DNA of 64,000 nt from positions 72,850,001 through 72,914,000 of the forward strand of contig CM059430.1 of assembly GCA_030390025.1 (NCBI GenBank). The letters are read 5' to 3'. The notes below the pieces were generated by a model. That model was not told the origin of the DNA and ran no database searches. It saw only the letters and a list, made by a program, of their open reading frames with translations. The stretch is from Squalus acanthias (Eukaryota). A program made the translations under genes and the position numbers. Below, piece after piece: positions 13,184 to 26,466 of the stretch (positions within the stretch are counted from its first letter, which is position 1; each line of letters begins with the position of its first letter).

Positions 13184-16100
13184 CTGAAACAGCTGTGAGG
13201 AAATAAATGCAAACAATAATTAGATATATCGCTCACACACGTCTTGCTGACAATAGACATCGACTTCTGAGAGTAGGGTATATTTGCTGAGGATTAAATT
13301 CAATCATTGTCAAAGATATCGGATATTACAAGAGCTGTCCATAACGAGTTCATTTTAAACGACGAGATCTGTCGGCGCTGCTGTGTATTTAATGTGCCTT
13401 GCTACCACATTTCTATTAAAACTAAACTGATGTGAAGCGCAGACCACACCAGTACATTTTGAATTGCACATGTCTTCACGAACAGAAAATGATCAGATAT
13501 TGAACACATCAACTGAGATATGGTTGATGCGACGCAGGGACTAAGATCTTGAGATAACTCACGCCGAAAGGACTTTCACTGGACTGTGTTTCGTGTTTTA
13601 TGTTCAATTGACGTGGTAATACATCCTAACACCAGATTAACTTTGACAATATTCTCGTGGCACTGGCCATGGACCTTTCATCAACCATGCAATATAATCC
13701 GCATGTTTTCTCTTGCTCAACATCCTTGCGCAAAGGACCCGGCATCATTCAAAGATCCAGTTGCCCCTATCCAAGTGCAGCACACTACAATCGTCTATAT
13801 TAAACTATATCTACCAGATTTGGTTAATTCCTCTATTTAATCCAGTTTTGTCTGCAATCTTATTTTATTGTTTGCACGGTCTTTATATCCGCAGATATGT
13901 TCGTGCATTCTACGCACATGCAGATAACATCCCCATGCATTTACCCAAATAATTGATAAATAATGCAATGGTCCTAACGATTAATAACTGTCTTGTGTGT
14001 CCTTGAATAGAGCAGTTTCCTTGTCCGACACAACCAAAAACCTGCATGCAAATCCCACAATACTCAATCTACCTTAGTAGCCTTTTGTGCAGGACTGTAT
14101 TAACCTCTTTTTTAAAAGTCTAGATATACAATATCAATATGACTGCCTCATCTACCAACTTTGTAAATTATTGGGAAAAAGTGCAACGAAGTTTCTGAGA
14201 CACGACATTCTATTTCATAAACCTTGTCTGGATTCCCTAATAAACTCATCCTTTCGAATTGATAGTACAGCGCATCTCTAATAATTGTAAAGTTTCGAGT
14301 TTGTCATTTCGACCATTTTTGAAATTTTGGGAAATCGTGGCCCCCTCACGGGTCCATGGGCAGCATCACAGATATCTATACAATATAACTACTAAATTTA
14401 TACACAAATGGCTGATATAGCACAGGCCACATTTACTGGAACACTATTGGGAGAATGGAGTCAAGGTCAGCACCCCGATCTATTTGACGAGTAAAAACTG
14501 CAGCAAGGACTACATCCGTATCCAGTTCAACAGGTTTATTTTTTAACATCAGCCTCATGTCGTCGTATTGGTAACCCAGCAATTTGAATGTAGTGAAGGA
14601 AGTTGCAAAGTAAGCTTTTAAATCTTTTGCAATATCCTGGCACTCCACCTGAAGCTGCCCAGAGGACCGTTCAGTGGTCTAGCACTTTCCTTGGTGAGCC
14701 TGTGATGTTCAACATAGTTGAAAAATAGCACCCGATGCAATCTTCTCCATCCGTGTCTTTCTCGCTAATCATACAGATCCTTACATTTATACTAATGCTT
14801 GAAACATTGGGCTTGAATCAAATTAGACCTCTGAGCGAAAAAGTGACCAACAATATCCAGAAGTAACTCCAACACATACCATATACAACATAGTTCAGGT
14901 TTCCAGCGTCTGCTGTATCTTGCTTTTGACATATTAAAACATGATATGAATAGAAAGGAAAACTCATGGATATACCTGTATAAGCAGTTGCAAAGATCAA
15001 TATCCAGTGACACACAATCATATTTAGAAATGAAATTGACTGTAGGCTACAGGTAGGCGCCATCCTCTGCTGGTTTGGAAATACTGGCTTACTCCGAACA
15101 TGATTCCAACTGAGAGATGATGACGCATGAGTCTAAAACTGCCGTCAGTAACGGAATTTATTTTAAGAGTTAAGATCTGTGCCCGCGGTTGTGCGTTCAT
15201 GATGGACTATAACTTGAACACATTATTTAATATGAATTGCTGTAGTAGCAGTAAATATATCTTTAAAGAATTAGATCAAACCTTTGGAGAAATTATTTAG
15301 CTCGACATCTGCAGTTGTTGAGAAAGTTTATGGACTCCAACAAAGTCAACACAACTGGCCGATTTCACAAAGCGCCATACGCACTCTTGTACATGCACAT
15401 AACTTTAAGTCAAAATGATACCAAACCACCATCACTGCAGCGGACGGCGGCCGCAAACTTGCACCTCCATTACAATACACATAAGAAGCGCAACTTATAC
15501 TGCCGGCTCTGCCTGGCATTGCGTACAATGAACGTAGACGTTTGTGTTTGGCACTTTCCATTTGCCTGTTCAACAGCTGAACATATAATTTGAGCGTCAT
15601 GTCTCACTCATTTAACAATAATTCAGACAATATGCTTCATAAAACAGCCGTTGATCAAATTCAGCGAGCAGACCAGAAACACCAATGTAAGAAAGATAAT
15701 AATATACAGAACGAGTTTGGACTATTCAGATATTTTATGAGGACGGTCCAGTGCACAGCGAAAGAATAAGCATGAAGGTGGCTAGAATTAACCTGCTGTT
15801 CAACTGAAACCATCAATCTGTTTTTGCATATATATTGAGGCATTCTTTAGAATAATTCCAGCTAATAACCATAAGTGTGTCTAGATATTATAGTCCCGAA
15901 AATTAAACCTAATACGCGAGAGTACGCACTGTCTACTCTCGCGTATTAGATCCCAAATTGCCGGTTTCCTGCATGCACTGCGCATGCGCGAGAAACCGGC
16001 ACTTCTTGAATTGCAAAGGGGGCGGTTTCTAAGTGAACCGCGTGCGCGCTGCATGCTGTGCGCACGCAGTGTACTTAGTTTTTTTTCAGCTTTGAACGCG

Positions 16101-16349
16101 CAGTTAAGTGTTGAAGCTTTTACATATAAAGAAAGCAGGTGTAGGACCCCCTTTTAACAAGGTAAGTAGTTAATTAAGTGTTATTTTAAAAAAATTTCAA
16201 CAGGTTTATCTTTTTTAGAGACTTTAAAGAAAGGTAAGTTTATTTTTATAACTTTTAAAAAGATTTTACATTTTTTCAAAAATATAATTTGTTGTTTTAA
16301 GTGGTTAATATATTTAACTATACTTATTTTATTAATGATGTGGACACAA

Positions 16350-16830
16350 TTATGAACACTTCAGCAGCCAGGGGCATTCAGCCTCGGATCTGCGGGTAAG
16401 CGTTCTCCAAGGCGGCCTTCGAGATACACGACAGCGCAAAATCATAGAGCAGAAACTGATAGCCAAGTTCCGCACTCATGAGGATGGCCTCAATCGCGAT
16501 ATCGGGTTCATGTCACGATACAGAACGTGACTTGACATCATGGCCGGTCTTCCCAGGTGTTTTTTTTTTAAAAAGACTAACACAAGAACACAAATTGACA
16601 GGATATGCAGCCAGCAGGTGGTTTGACACGTTGGACCCCCTTGGACACATCTCATTGTCTTGGCTGTGCTCTTTGAGAAAGATGTGAATAGATTTTGTCT
16701 GTGTTTAAATTGTGAATTCTGGGAGATTCTCTCACTGCTAACTTACCTGACGAAGGAGCGAACTGCTCCGAAAGCTTGTAAAATTAAATAAATCTGTTGG
16801 ACTATAACCTGGTGTTGTGCGACTTCTCAT
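16350..16830 (+). mobile_element. Penelope-like element 3' end (GIY-YIG C-terminus plus terminal repeat) nested in a MITE
   Basis: EHFSSQGHSASDLRVSVLQGGLRDTRQRKIIEQKLIAKFRTHEDGLNRDIGFMSRY*, followed by a hammerhead-bearing repeat. Confidence 0.85.
16743..16781 (+). ncRNA. Minimal type I hammerhead ribozyme
   Basis: TTAC-CTGACGA-A-GGAGC(gaact)GCTCC-GAAA-GCTT-GTAA: stem I TTAC/GTAA, intact core, 5-bp stem II, palindromic AAGCTT stem III. Confidence 0.8.
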
Positions 16831-19366
16831 TTTTATTTTATTAATGTGATGGCTTTTTTTTAATTTAATTGAGATTTAGTTGTTCTTTTGGGGGTTTGTA
16901 GTATTCATAGCTTTGACAGCTCTTGCTGTCAAAACTATGCATGAAAGATGGTGTGCTGCCATTGGCTCTAACTGATTCACGTGATCCCAGAGCGCGCACA
17001 AACTAATTGCGCCTCTGGGATACGCACACACTGCGCGTTTGCAACAAGAAGAGGCTCTGAATCTAAAGTTCGTGTGGGCCCCAAACAATAAAGGTAGGCA
17101 CGGTGTGCGATATCGCGTGGAATCCTTACCCCCGCGGGAACCATCCATTTTTATTTTTTGGGCCATTATGTTGCAATCAAAAGGCGCATGTTTAGTGTTA
17201 GAACTGCCGACACTGAAATGTACTAATAAACCATTTCCGTTCTTTACCCCGAGACAGAAATCCGTTTATGATTTAGTCTATCAAATAGAGCAGAAACCAC
17301 GTTTCAGGTGAGGCCAAAAAGGTCATCTACTTTTTGATCAATGTATCAACAGCCAGAGTATAAGCGCATTTTAAAAGGATACGTGCGAGTAGAAACCACA
17401 GATTAACCTTGTGACACTTGCCGATTAATTGTTTCAATATCTTAACCAGTTGCCTTGTTAATCTACATCAAAGGTTGTGATATTGTGCTGCTAATGTTAA
17501 AGTAGATCAAAGATCAACAGACGAACAACTACTATCTTTTCTTTGTATTGATCAACATTAAACATTCTCTACTTTATGCTCACAACCTTCTTCTTAAAGC
17601 GCGGGATCATCCCCACGAGGCAGCATGTTTGAGATACAAGAGTTCATTCACGGTCTCACAACGTTTTTAGAGATTAATCATTGAAATTAAGATACTAATC
17701 TGTCCGTCCATAGATTTCTCTGATATAAGATAAACTGTGTGATTATTCTATATCTACTTCGATGCTAGATAGATCAACATCCGTTTAAAAGGTCTATCCT
17801 ATAAAAAGTCATAATAATAGGTGAAATTAATTTAAAATATCTGTCATGCCAGAAAGATAATAATGTATTATGCATTGAAAGGGGTTTTGCATTTTTAGCA
17901 ACCTTGCATATTTAGAGATCATTTTCATCGATTTGAAATTAGCTGTTTGGATCAAAACGTAGGACTTCAATAACAAACGATGAGCGTTGGAGCAGAAACA
18001 AAGCAGAAGAAGATTCGTTTATCGGCTCAGTTTTGGAACATGGTAAAGAAAATGTTTCAAGAACAAAGTTGGAAATATAATTTAGAGAAATATAGAATCA
18101 TAGAATCATAGAGCATTTATCCAATTCCCATTTGAAAGCTACTATTGGATCTGCTAGCATCACCATTCCAGGTACTGCATTTCAGATCATAACAAATCAT
18201 AGAATTACATAGAATTACAGCACAGAAACTTTTGATTAATTTATTTAATATTTCTCCCTTTATATTTGAAATGTGGTTGTAGCTTTGCTAATCTCATCAT
18301 CCGATGTCATGTCCACCTGATCCGTCTTCCTGATAAATACTGAAGCAAAATAATAGCCCTGAAATTGCGATCTCCCTGAAAGCGTAATCTCAGCGTACAT
18401 CGTCGTAATCCTTTTGAAAGGTCCCGCAACTTCTGAGTTTCTGTGTGTGCTTGCACATATGTGAAATCCGAAAGTTGCGATGTGTCAATGTAAGGCTTGA
18501 CAGGTCATCCGAACCGTAATGAAAATCAGTATTGCTGGGGAAGTGTTGGGCTATTTGCCAAACAACTACCAACAGTTCCCCACGAGACTCTTATAGCTTG
18601 TAAAATCAGCCTTCATCAGTTTAACGATATACATAAGCCTTAAATTAAACATTTATAACTCAAAAATGATGCACATACACTTTAAATTAGTTTCTGCAAA
18701 TATTGGCCCGGATTAAGATGATTAAAATTTATTTATTGTAAAAAATAAATGCTTATTGAGGTTGGTGCAATGAAGGGACTTTTGAATAAATTTGAAATTC
18801 AATGCATTTATAATCATTAGCATTCTGTAAATTGTATAATTATTTGTGGATTCCATTGTGTATCGTTCGGGGATTCCCTTTATAAATGATTGCAATGGAA
18901 TCCTCCTTTGTAATTGCGGGACTGGGCCGATGTGATCCCAGTTAAGCTTCGGAACTGCCTGCTTCCATGGGATCAGTGGGCCGTTCTGCTGCCGTACACC
19001 TGGAGTCACGGCCTCGCAACTCTACGAGGCCTGGGCGCCTGGAGATAGGCTCGTAAAGGTTTTACAGATTGGAGGCAAAATCTGGAGGTACACCTCCGAC
19101 CACAATCTCCAGTCCATCAATTTGATTTCTGCCATTTTGCTATCGCTGCCTATGATGTTATTCTTCCATCCATTAGTCGCCCTACTCCAACCGGACTTTC
19201 CTTTTTTTATTTTGTGCCTGTAGAATATTTTGCTATTTTGTTTTATGTTGCAGAATTATTTAATTTCATAGATCCTCCTTGCCTTCCTAATTAATTGTTT
19301 TGACTTCTCTCCTAATCTCTATGCATGGTCCCTTATCACGCTTTACCCTGCTGCCTATATCCTTAG

Positions 19367-19495
19367 ATGCGGAGATGCCAGTGTTGGACTGCAGTGGACA
19401 AAAGTGAGAAGTCGCACAACACCAGGTTATAGTCCAACAGTTTTATTTGAAATCACAAGCTTTCGGATCGCTGCTCCTTCGTCAGGTGAAGTAAA
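19367..19495 (-). mobile_element. Penelope-like terminal repeat fragment
   Basis: The reverse complement matches 16741-16830. Confidence 0.82.
19453..19489 (-). ncRNA. Minimal type I hammerhead ribozyme, second copy
   Basis: Reverse complement TCAC-CTGACGA-A-GGAGC(agc)GATCC-GAAA-GCTT-GTGA; stem I TCAC/GTGA; one mismatch in stem II. Confidence 0.75.
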
Positions 19496-22400
19496 GGAAT
19501 ACAAATCGACAAAGCATATATAGATAGAGAACAATGCATGTGTAGCGTACAATGGCAGACAACTACATTTAATCCTCCTGACTGCCTTTTGTCACACCTC
19601 GGCAGAGAAACGATCAGGAAGGCACCACATCAAAGACATAGCAAGATACAACTGAGACAATGAGGTGGGGTTACAGGGTTACATGTGACTTCCAGTGAAA
19701 AAAAGTAAAAATTTTAAACTTTATCGTATTCCATGCAGACTGCAGCATTTGACACATTAGACCCCCTGTAACCCCACACAGGCTGCGTCCCTGAGATCCG
19801 TGGCCCTTGGACTGACTGCGTCAGTTTACGCAGGAGTGCGGCCATCAGGTCGGTGCATTTTGTTTTCGCAGGTCATGCGGCATACTCCGCAGGTTCGCTG
19901 CCAACAGCAATATTTGGCCCAACGTATGCACTGCTGTACGAGGAGTTTAGCCGATTTTTTAAATAGCGGTTCTACTCAGTTTTAGTTTAGCCCACTTTTT
20001 ATGCTCCTGTTCCAAAACTCTAATTATTCCCTCGCCACTTATGTCTTCCTTTAGTTTCGTCTGCCCTATGCTCTTCTTTCCTGTTTCGTTTATATATAGG
20101 CTTGTTTCATTTCTTATAGATACCTCCTTACTAGTCTTACTAGTTTAAAGTCTTTGCCACCTTCCTAGTGATCTTTTCCACTAGGACACTGGTCCCATTC
20201 CGGTTCAGGGGGAGCCCGTCCTATCGGTACAGCTGCATCCTGTCCAATTACTGGTAACAGTGTCCTAAGAAAATGAACCCTTCTTTCCCACTCCAGGCTT
20301 TTAGACCCGTGAATCTCTCTGCCTCTATGACAATTTGCACGTGGTTTGGGGAATAATGCTGAGATTATGACTCTCTAAGTCCTACTAAGTAATTTAGATT
20401 TTAACGCCTGATACTCCCTCAGCTGGACTTCCTCCCTGTTCCTACTTATGTTGTTTGACCAACATGGACCAAGCAACTGGATTATCCCTTTCCAAATTGC
20501 TCTCCAGCCACCTCAAGATATTCCCTTACGCATTAGGCAACAAACCCTTTGGAACTCTCGTTCATGGATGCAGATTACACTATCTACCCCCGAATTAAAG
20601 AATCTTATAAACGTTTAGCATAACTTCAGAAACTTGAAAAAAATAAACGTTTTTGATAATAAAGAGACGAATAATTCCTGATAAAATATTAGAAATTGGA
20701 AGTTAGAATCGTATACCCTAACAGATATGTATGCGCTTTGCCGGGAAAGAGCGAGATGATCGCTTCGCAGTGAATGCAAACCAGGAAAAATACATTTCCG
20801 CAATTAGGAACTTAATAATAGTTGGGCAATAGAAAATGTTGCTGGGAAATTGTTATTGAGATAAAGTGAGGTAATTGACACTGACAGCAAAATTGGAATA
20901 ATACAGTCTGCATGAACAAGAAATGACGGAATGGTTTTTTGCAAATTTGCTAACAATACGGAATATGGCAATAGGAAACGTTGTTATATTTGGGTGATTC
21001 AGGGCTGATTAGATACTTCACCGTTGACTCGAAATTATACAAAACGTAATGTTGGCGTCCTGTCAAACAGTTTCCAGTTTCGGCTTAGCATCGACATTAA
21101 ACCAGCGATTTGTGCACTTGGGTTGAAGACCCCAACTTGCTCCGACGACAAGCAGGGTGACTCTCTCGTTATCACCATCTATTATCAGGTTTGGTCCTGA
21201 CTCCGGATAGTGGATGCATTTAAACTATTTGGCTGTTTCCCCGGGTGTCCTGAGATCCGGCATTATAGCGAAGCAACCAGGTGGAGAACAGCAGCCAGAT
21301 GCACTCAGGATGTAAGAGACTCAGGCATAACTATATTCGCTCACATACCCGACAAATTAAGAGGGTCGAGAGAAAAGACCCAGCCCCAGCTTCTTCGGGA
21401 TATCCTTGAAACTGGGTGTCCAATTGACAACAGCACAAAGTCATGAGGTGAGGGCAGATACAGCATCTTCTACCACGTTGAAACCCTTCTATTACAGGTA
21501 CAGATCATGCTTTCCACATCGTGTAAGTCCCAGAAAACACAGACTCCATGGAGGAGACAGTTCCATGGCTGTATGCCTATTTCGTGACTTTCTAATGGCT
21601 AGATAGACGTTCCCAGGGTGCTTCGTGAGGAAATTCGGCCCAACACTGAATTTTGGTATCTAGTGTGTTCGTTTAGTCTTTGTTGTTGGGATACAGCTGA
21701 TGTTGGCATTTTAAATGTTTATTCGTAAATATCCTGCGAATGTGTCATTGGGCCTTGCCTTCAAGTCCTTTCGTCCCAGTGGGCGACCTAGAAATTGGAT
21801 ATAGCCAAGAAATGGCCAGTCTTAAGACTAAATGAGGTGAAGCTGCCCCACCTGAAAATTGTCTCGTTAGCACACAAGATTCATGCTCACTATTCATTAA
21901 TATGATTGTAGTCATAATTTCAGCAATAAAACAGATGCTCAGAGCTCGTTGACCATACACTCAACAGGTCGACCAATATCGGGGCCAGTCTAATTCAGAG
22001 TCATGACTGCCACAGGCATTTTCCACGACTGAAAGGGAGGGTTCAATCATGCTGAAGCACCTTATTGTCAGTTTGTTTGTTGTTCAGCTGTCCCAACAGC
22101 AAAGTAAAGGAGCCTCACGACAAGCATTTCCAACTTTAAAGAGATGATGACAGAACCTAGGCAGAGGGAGAGAGCCCGCAGGTCCTCTGAAGAACCTCTG
22201 CAGCCAATGATAATTGCAGTGGAGAGGAGGCAGGCAGTCGTACACCGCAGACTGCCAGGAGGCCCTCAGAGCACGCATCCATGTGGCGTGAGTTGGCAGA
22301 CCACGTCACAGCCAGCACTGAGGTCACCAGGACGCAAACCCAGTGCAGGAAGAAGTTTAACGACCTCCCACGGGTGGTCACGGTGGGTGAAGGCTTCACT

Positions 22401-24335
22401 AAATGCCATATGTCAGCATCGGCACCACAAGCTTCACACACTGCTCAATGCACCAAACCCCCAGCGGTCACAAAGCAATCTCTACATATTAGCACTCACA
22501 CCCACATCTCACACTTTACACTCAATGGCAGCTATTCAACTATGGCAGACACATCAATCAAACATATTGCACTAAATTCAATTACGCTTTTCTCTTTCTC
22601 TTGCAGGCAAAAGTCGCACAAAATCGGAGGGAGCAGGAGCAACAGGCTGGTGCCAAGAGGTCCCCCAACAGCTCAGTCAGCTCGAGGAGAGAGTAATCGA
22701 AATCTTTCGGAGCCACGTGGTAGAGGACATGGCCACCGGCGAGGTTGAACCCCTTTGGACAACAACGGTATCTTCATTCCTAATCCATCTTCTCACATCC
22801 CACTTCAACTTCATCCCACAATCTTTTCTCAAATTCAAGCTGCTCATGCTGAATGCATGCATGTGTAGCTTAACACCCTCCCTCCTCACCATAACCCGAC
22901 TCGTGTGCCTATCTGCTTTTAGATAATCACCAAGCACTGGAGCTGCCTGTCCCCGAGGGAACCGCTGACAGTGAGGGGAGAGTAGAAGAGGAGAATGAAG
23001 ACACTGCAGCACTCAATCGCAGACACCAGCTATGAAACTGGCATTGCGCGTACTTTAGATGCTAGTGTAGAAGTAGCATCTGCACAGTTTGATACACCGA
23101 GTACGAGTGGGCTGCAGTAAGGCCAGGGGGAAAGCATAGCTTGGGTCAACCACCCCGCAGGGAGAGTCCACGCACGAATTCTGATCCACAGGAGTCAGTT
23201 GAGGACCTCGATGGGGAGGCCTTCAGAAGAAGGGCGATGGGCATGCATACATAAATGATGGGTGCAATGCCAAGGCTGCCAGAGATTCTCTCGGCAATGT
23301 AAAGGAACGTGGAGGGGTCTGCCTCTAAAATTGCATGGGGCTCTGCACAGATAATGGAGCCGATGATTCCAGCTTGAAAATGATTTTACACTCCCAGAGA
23401 GACCGTGGCAACCCAGACGTGTTGGCGTGCATTATGGGTGATGTCAAAGCTTCCATTGAAGCACAGCCGGAAGAAACACAAATTCTTAGTGCTGCAGTCG
23501 AAGCTCAGACTGCTCTCATGCAGTCTCTGTTTGGTGCCATCCAAGCTCAGACAGCTCTCATCCAATCTCAGCTTGAAACCACCCAAGCTCTGACTGCTGC
23601 AATCGTGGCTGGGTTTACCACCGTCGAGCGGAGCATGCAGTGTGTCACAGCATTCCAGCAATCTGTGCTTCAACACGTTGCTTGGTAAGCTGAGGAGGCG
23701 CCCCGGGGGAGTGACAGTGTGTCAGTGGAACAGAGCCATGCTGTCCTCTCTCATGATGACACAATTCCTTTCCCCAGCACTGCCATTCTGCCATTGCTAA
23801 TGCCGCTGCCTGTTAGCCAGCCAGCCCTGACTTCTGCCCCCATGCCGAGGTGGTGCCTTCTACAGCCGGGCTTCTAGGTCCAGAGCTGCTCGAGGTCGTC
23901 CTGCAATGCCATCTGAATTCTCGTAGGAGCTTCGTAGGAGTACTAGGTTAGGAAAAAACTCACGAAAGACAGAGACTAAGGGATTGCACAAGGGTGATTA
24001 ATTGATAATATTATTGTAAACATGTGTAATGTGAATATTGATAAAGTATTAATTTTGTTTGGAATATTTTGTGGTGTCTCTCATTTCAGCTTTGTACGCT
24101 GGAGATGGATTTGAGATTTTGTGAGACAGGGGTGGTAAGATGGGGATGTGGTGAGCCACGGGTTTCTGGGTTTCAATCATTACAATCAGAGCATGATGAG
24201 CAGCTCACGGAAAGCCCGTCCGGATGAACGATTGGGTGCCTTCCTCTTTCTCTCCCTCCTCTTCCTCTTGCTCCCCTTTCTCATCTTCTTCCTCCCCGTC
24301 CTAATCCTCATCCTCCTCTACCTGGTCCTCCTCCT

Positions 24336-26466
24336 GAGTTAGTGGCGCAATCGGAAATATTGGAAAACCAAGGGTGCAGCGAGAATGAGGAACTGAAAGA
24401 TATTAGAATTAGTAAAAAAGCAGTACTGGCGAAATTAATGGGACTGAAAGCCAATAAATCCCCATGACCTGATAACATACATCCTAGGGTTTTGAAAGAG
24501 TTGGCTATAGAGATAGTGAATGCATTGGTTGTAATTTTCCAAAATTCCACAGATTGTTGAACTGTTTCAGGAGATTGGAAGGCAGCAAATATAAACCTAC
24601 TATTTAAGAAAAGAGGGAGAGAGAAAACGGGGAACTACAGACCAGTTAGCCTGACATCAGTCGTAGGGAAAATGCTTGAATCTAATATTAAAAACGTGGT
24701 AACAAGGGCACTTAGAAAATAGTAATGGGATTGGGCAGAGTGATCGCAGATTTATGAAAGGGAAATCGTGTTTGACAAATCTGTTAGAGATTTTCAAAGT
24801 TGTAAATAACAGAATTGATAAGGGTGAGCCAGTAGATGTGGTGTATTTCGATTTTCAGAAGGCATTCGGTGATTGCCACACGAGGTTATTAACAACAACT
24901 TGTATTTACAACAGAAACTTGTATTTATATAGCGCCTTTAACGTAGCAAAACGTCCCAAGGCGCTTCACAGCAGGATTTTAAGATTAAGAAATTAACACA
25001 GATCCACATACGGATAAATTAGGCAGCTGACCAAAAGCTTGATCAACGAGGTAGGTTTCAAGGAGCGTCTTAAAAGAGGAAAGAGAGGTAGCGAGACGGA
25101 CAGGTTTCAGCAGGGAATTCCAGAGCTTAGTGCCTAGGCATCAGAAGACGCGGCCACCAAAGGTTGAGCAATTATAATCGGGGATGCTCAAGAGTGCAGA
25201 ATTAGAGGAGCGCAGAGAACTCTGGGGTTTTGTGGCTGAAGGAGATAACAGAGAGAAGAAGGGGCGAGGCCATGGTTGGAATTGAAAACAATGATAAGTA
25301 TTTTGAAATCGAGGCGCTGCTTAATCGGTAGCCAATGTAGGTCAGCGAGCACAGTGGTGATGGGCGAACAGGACTTAGTGCGAGTTAATTAGAGCTCATG
25401 GGATTGAGGGTAATATATAAGCATGGATTGAGGATTGGGTAACGAACAGAAAACAGAGAGTAGGAATAAACGGGTCATTTTCGGGTTGGCAGGCTGTAAA
25501 TAGCTGGGTACCGCAAGGACCCGTACTTGGTCCTCAGCTATTCACAATCTAAAACAATGAGTTGGATTAGAGGACCAAATGTAATGTATCCAAGTTTGCT
25601 GATAATACAAAACCGGGTGGGAATGTAAGTTGTGAGGAGGATGCAAGGTAATATAGACAGACTAAGTGAGTGGGCAAGAACATGACAAATGGAATACAAT
25701 GTGTACAAATGCGAAGTTATCCACTTTCTTAGTCAAAATAGATATGCAGTGTTTTTAAAATGGTGAGAGATGGGAAATGTTGGTGTTCAGAGGGACCTGG
25801 GTGTCCCTGAACACGAATCATTGAAAGTTAACATGCTGGTACAGCAATCAATTAGGAAAGCAAATGGTATGTTGGCCTTTATTACAAGATGATTTGCGTA
25901 TAAGAGTAAAGACGGCTTACTGCAACCTGGAGTATTGTGTACAGTTTGGTCTCCTTACCTAAGGAAGGATATACTTGCCATAGAGGGATGGCAACGAAGG
26001 TTCACCAGACTGGTTCCTCGGATGGGGGGATTGTCCTATGAGGAGAGATTGAGTAGAAGAGGCCTATATTCTCTAGAGTTTAGAAGAATGATAGGTGATC
26101 TCATTGAAACATACAACATTCTTACAGGGCTTGACAGGGTAGATGCAGTGAGGATGATTCCCCCGGCTGGGGAGTCTAGAAGCAGAAGTCACAGACTCAG
26201 AATAAGGGTTCGGCCATTTAGGACTGAGATGAGGATAAATTTCTTCACTCAGAGGGTGGTGAATCTTTGGAATTCTCTACCCCAGAGGGCTGTGGCGGCT
26301 CTGCCATTCAGCAGATTGAAGACAGAGATCGATACATTTTTGAATATTAAGGGAATCAAGCGATATGGGTATAGTTCAGGAAAGTGGAGATGAGGTAGAA
26401 TGAATGGCGGGGCAGGCTCGAAGGGCCAAATGGACTACTCCTGGTCCTATTTCTTATGTTCTTATG
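24336..26466 (+). mobile_element. Decayed CR1 LINE inserted in a Harbinger transposase, itself interrupted by an L2
   Basis: [35 protein letters not shown]; ttcttatg tail at ~26451-26466. Confidence 0.93.
24891..25385 (-). mobile_element. L2-type LINE 3' fragment
   Basis: Reverse-complement tail acaacttgtatttatatagcgcctttaacgtagcaaaacgtcccaaggcgcttcacag, shared with 35438/39805 and 54320-54390. Confidence 0.75.

Larger units (their letters stand above)
15892..17165. mobile_element. MITE present in unit A and absent from unit B (site ~52838)
   Basis: Ends agtcccgaaaatt / attttttgggcca; 16-bp hairpin at 15909-15949; the flanks are contiguous in unit B. Confidence 0.85.
10670..23830 (+). repeat. 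Segmental duplication unit A
   Basis: Collinear with 47577-64000: 10670-15890/47577-52838, 17166-18229/52839-53905, 18230-19366/55697-56845, 19776-20612/58592-59420, 20613-23830/60796-64000. Confidence 0.93.

Noticed and set aside
13586-15600. Short ORFs seemingly conserved between 13.6-15.6 kb and 50.7-52.5 kb
   Set aside because: Explained by the segmental duplication; frames shift between copies and no domain is recognisable.
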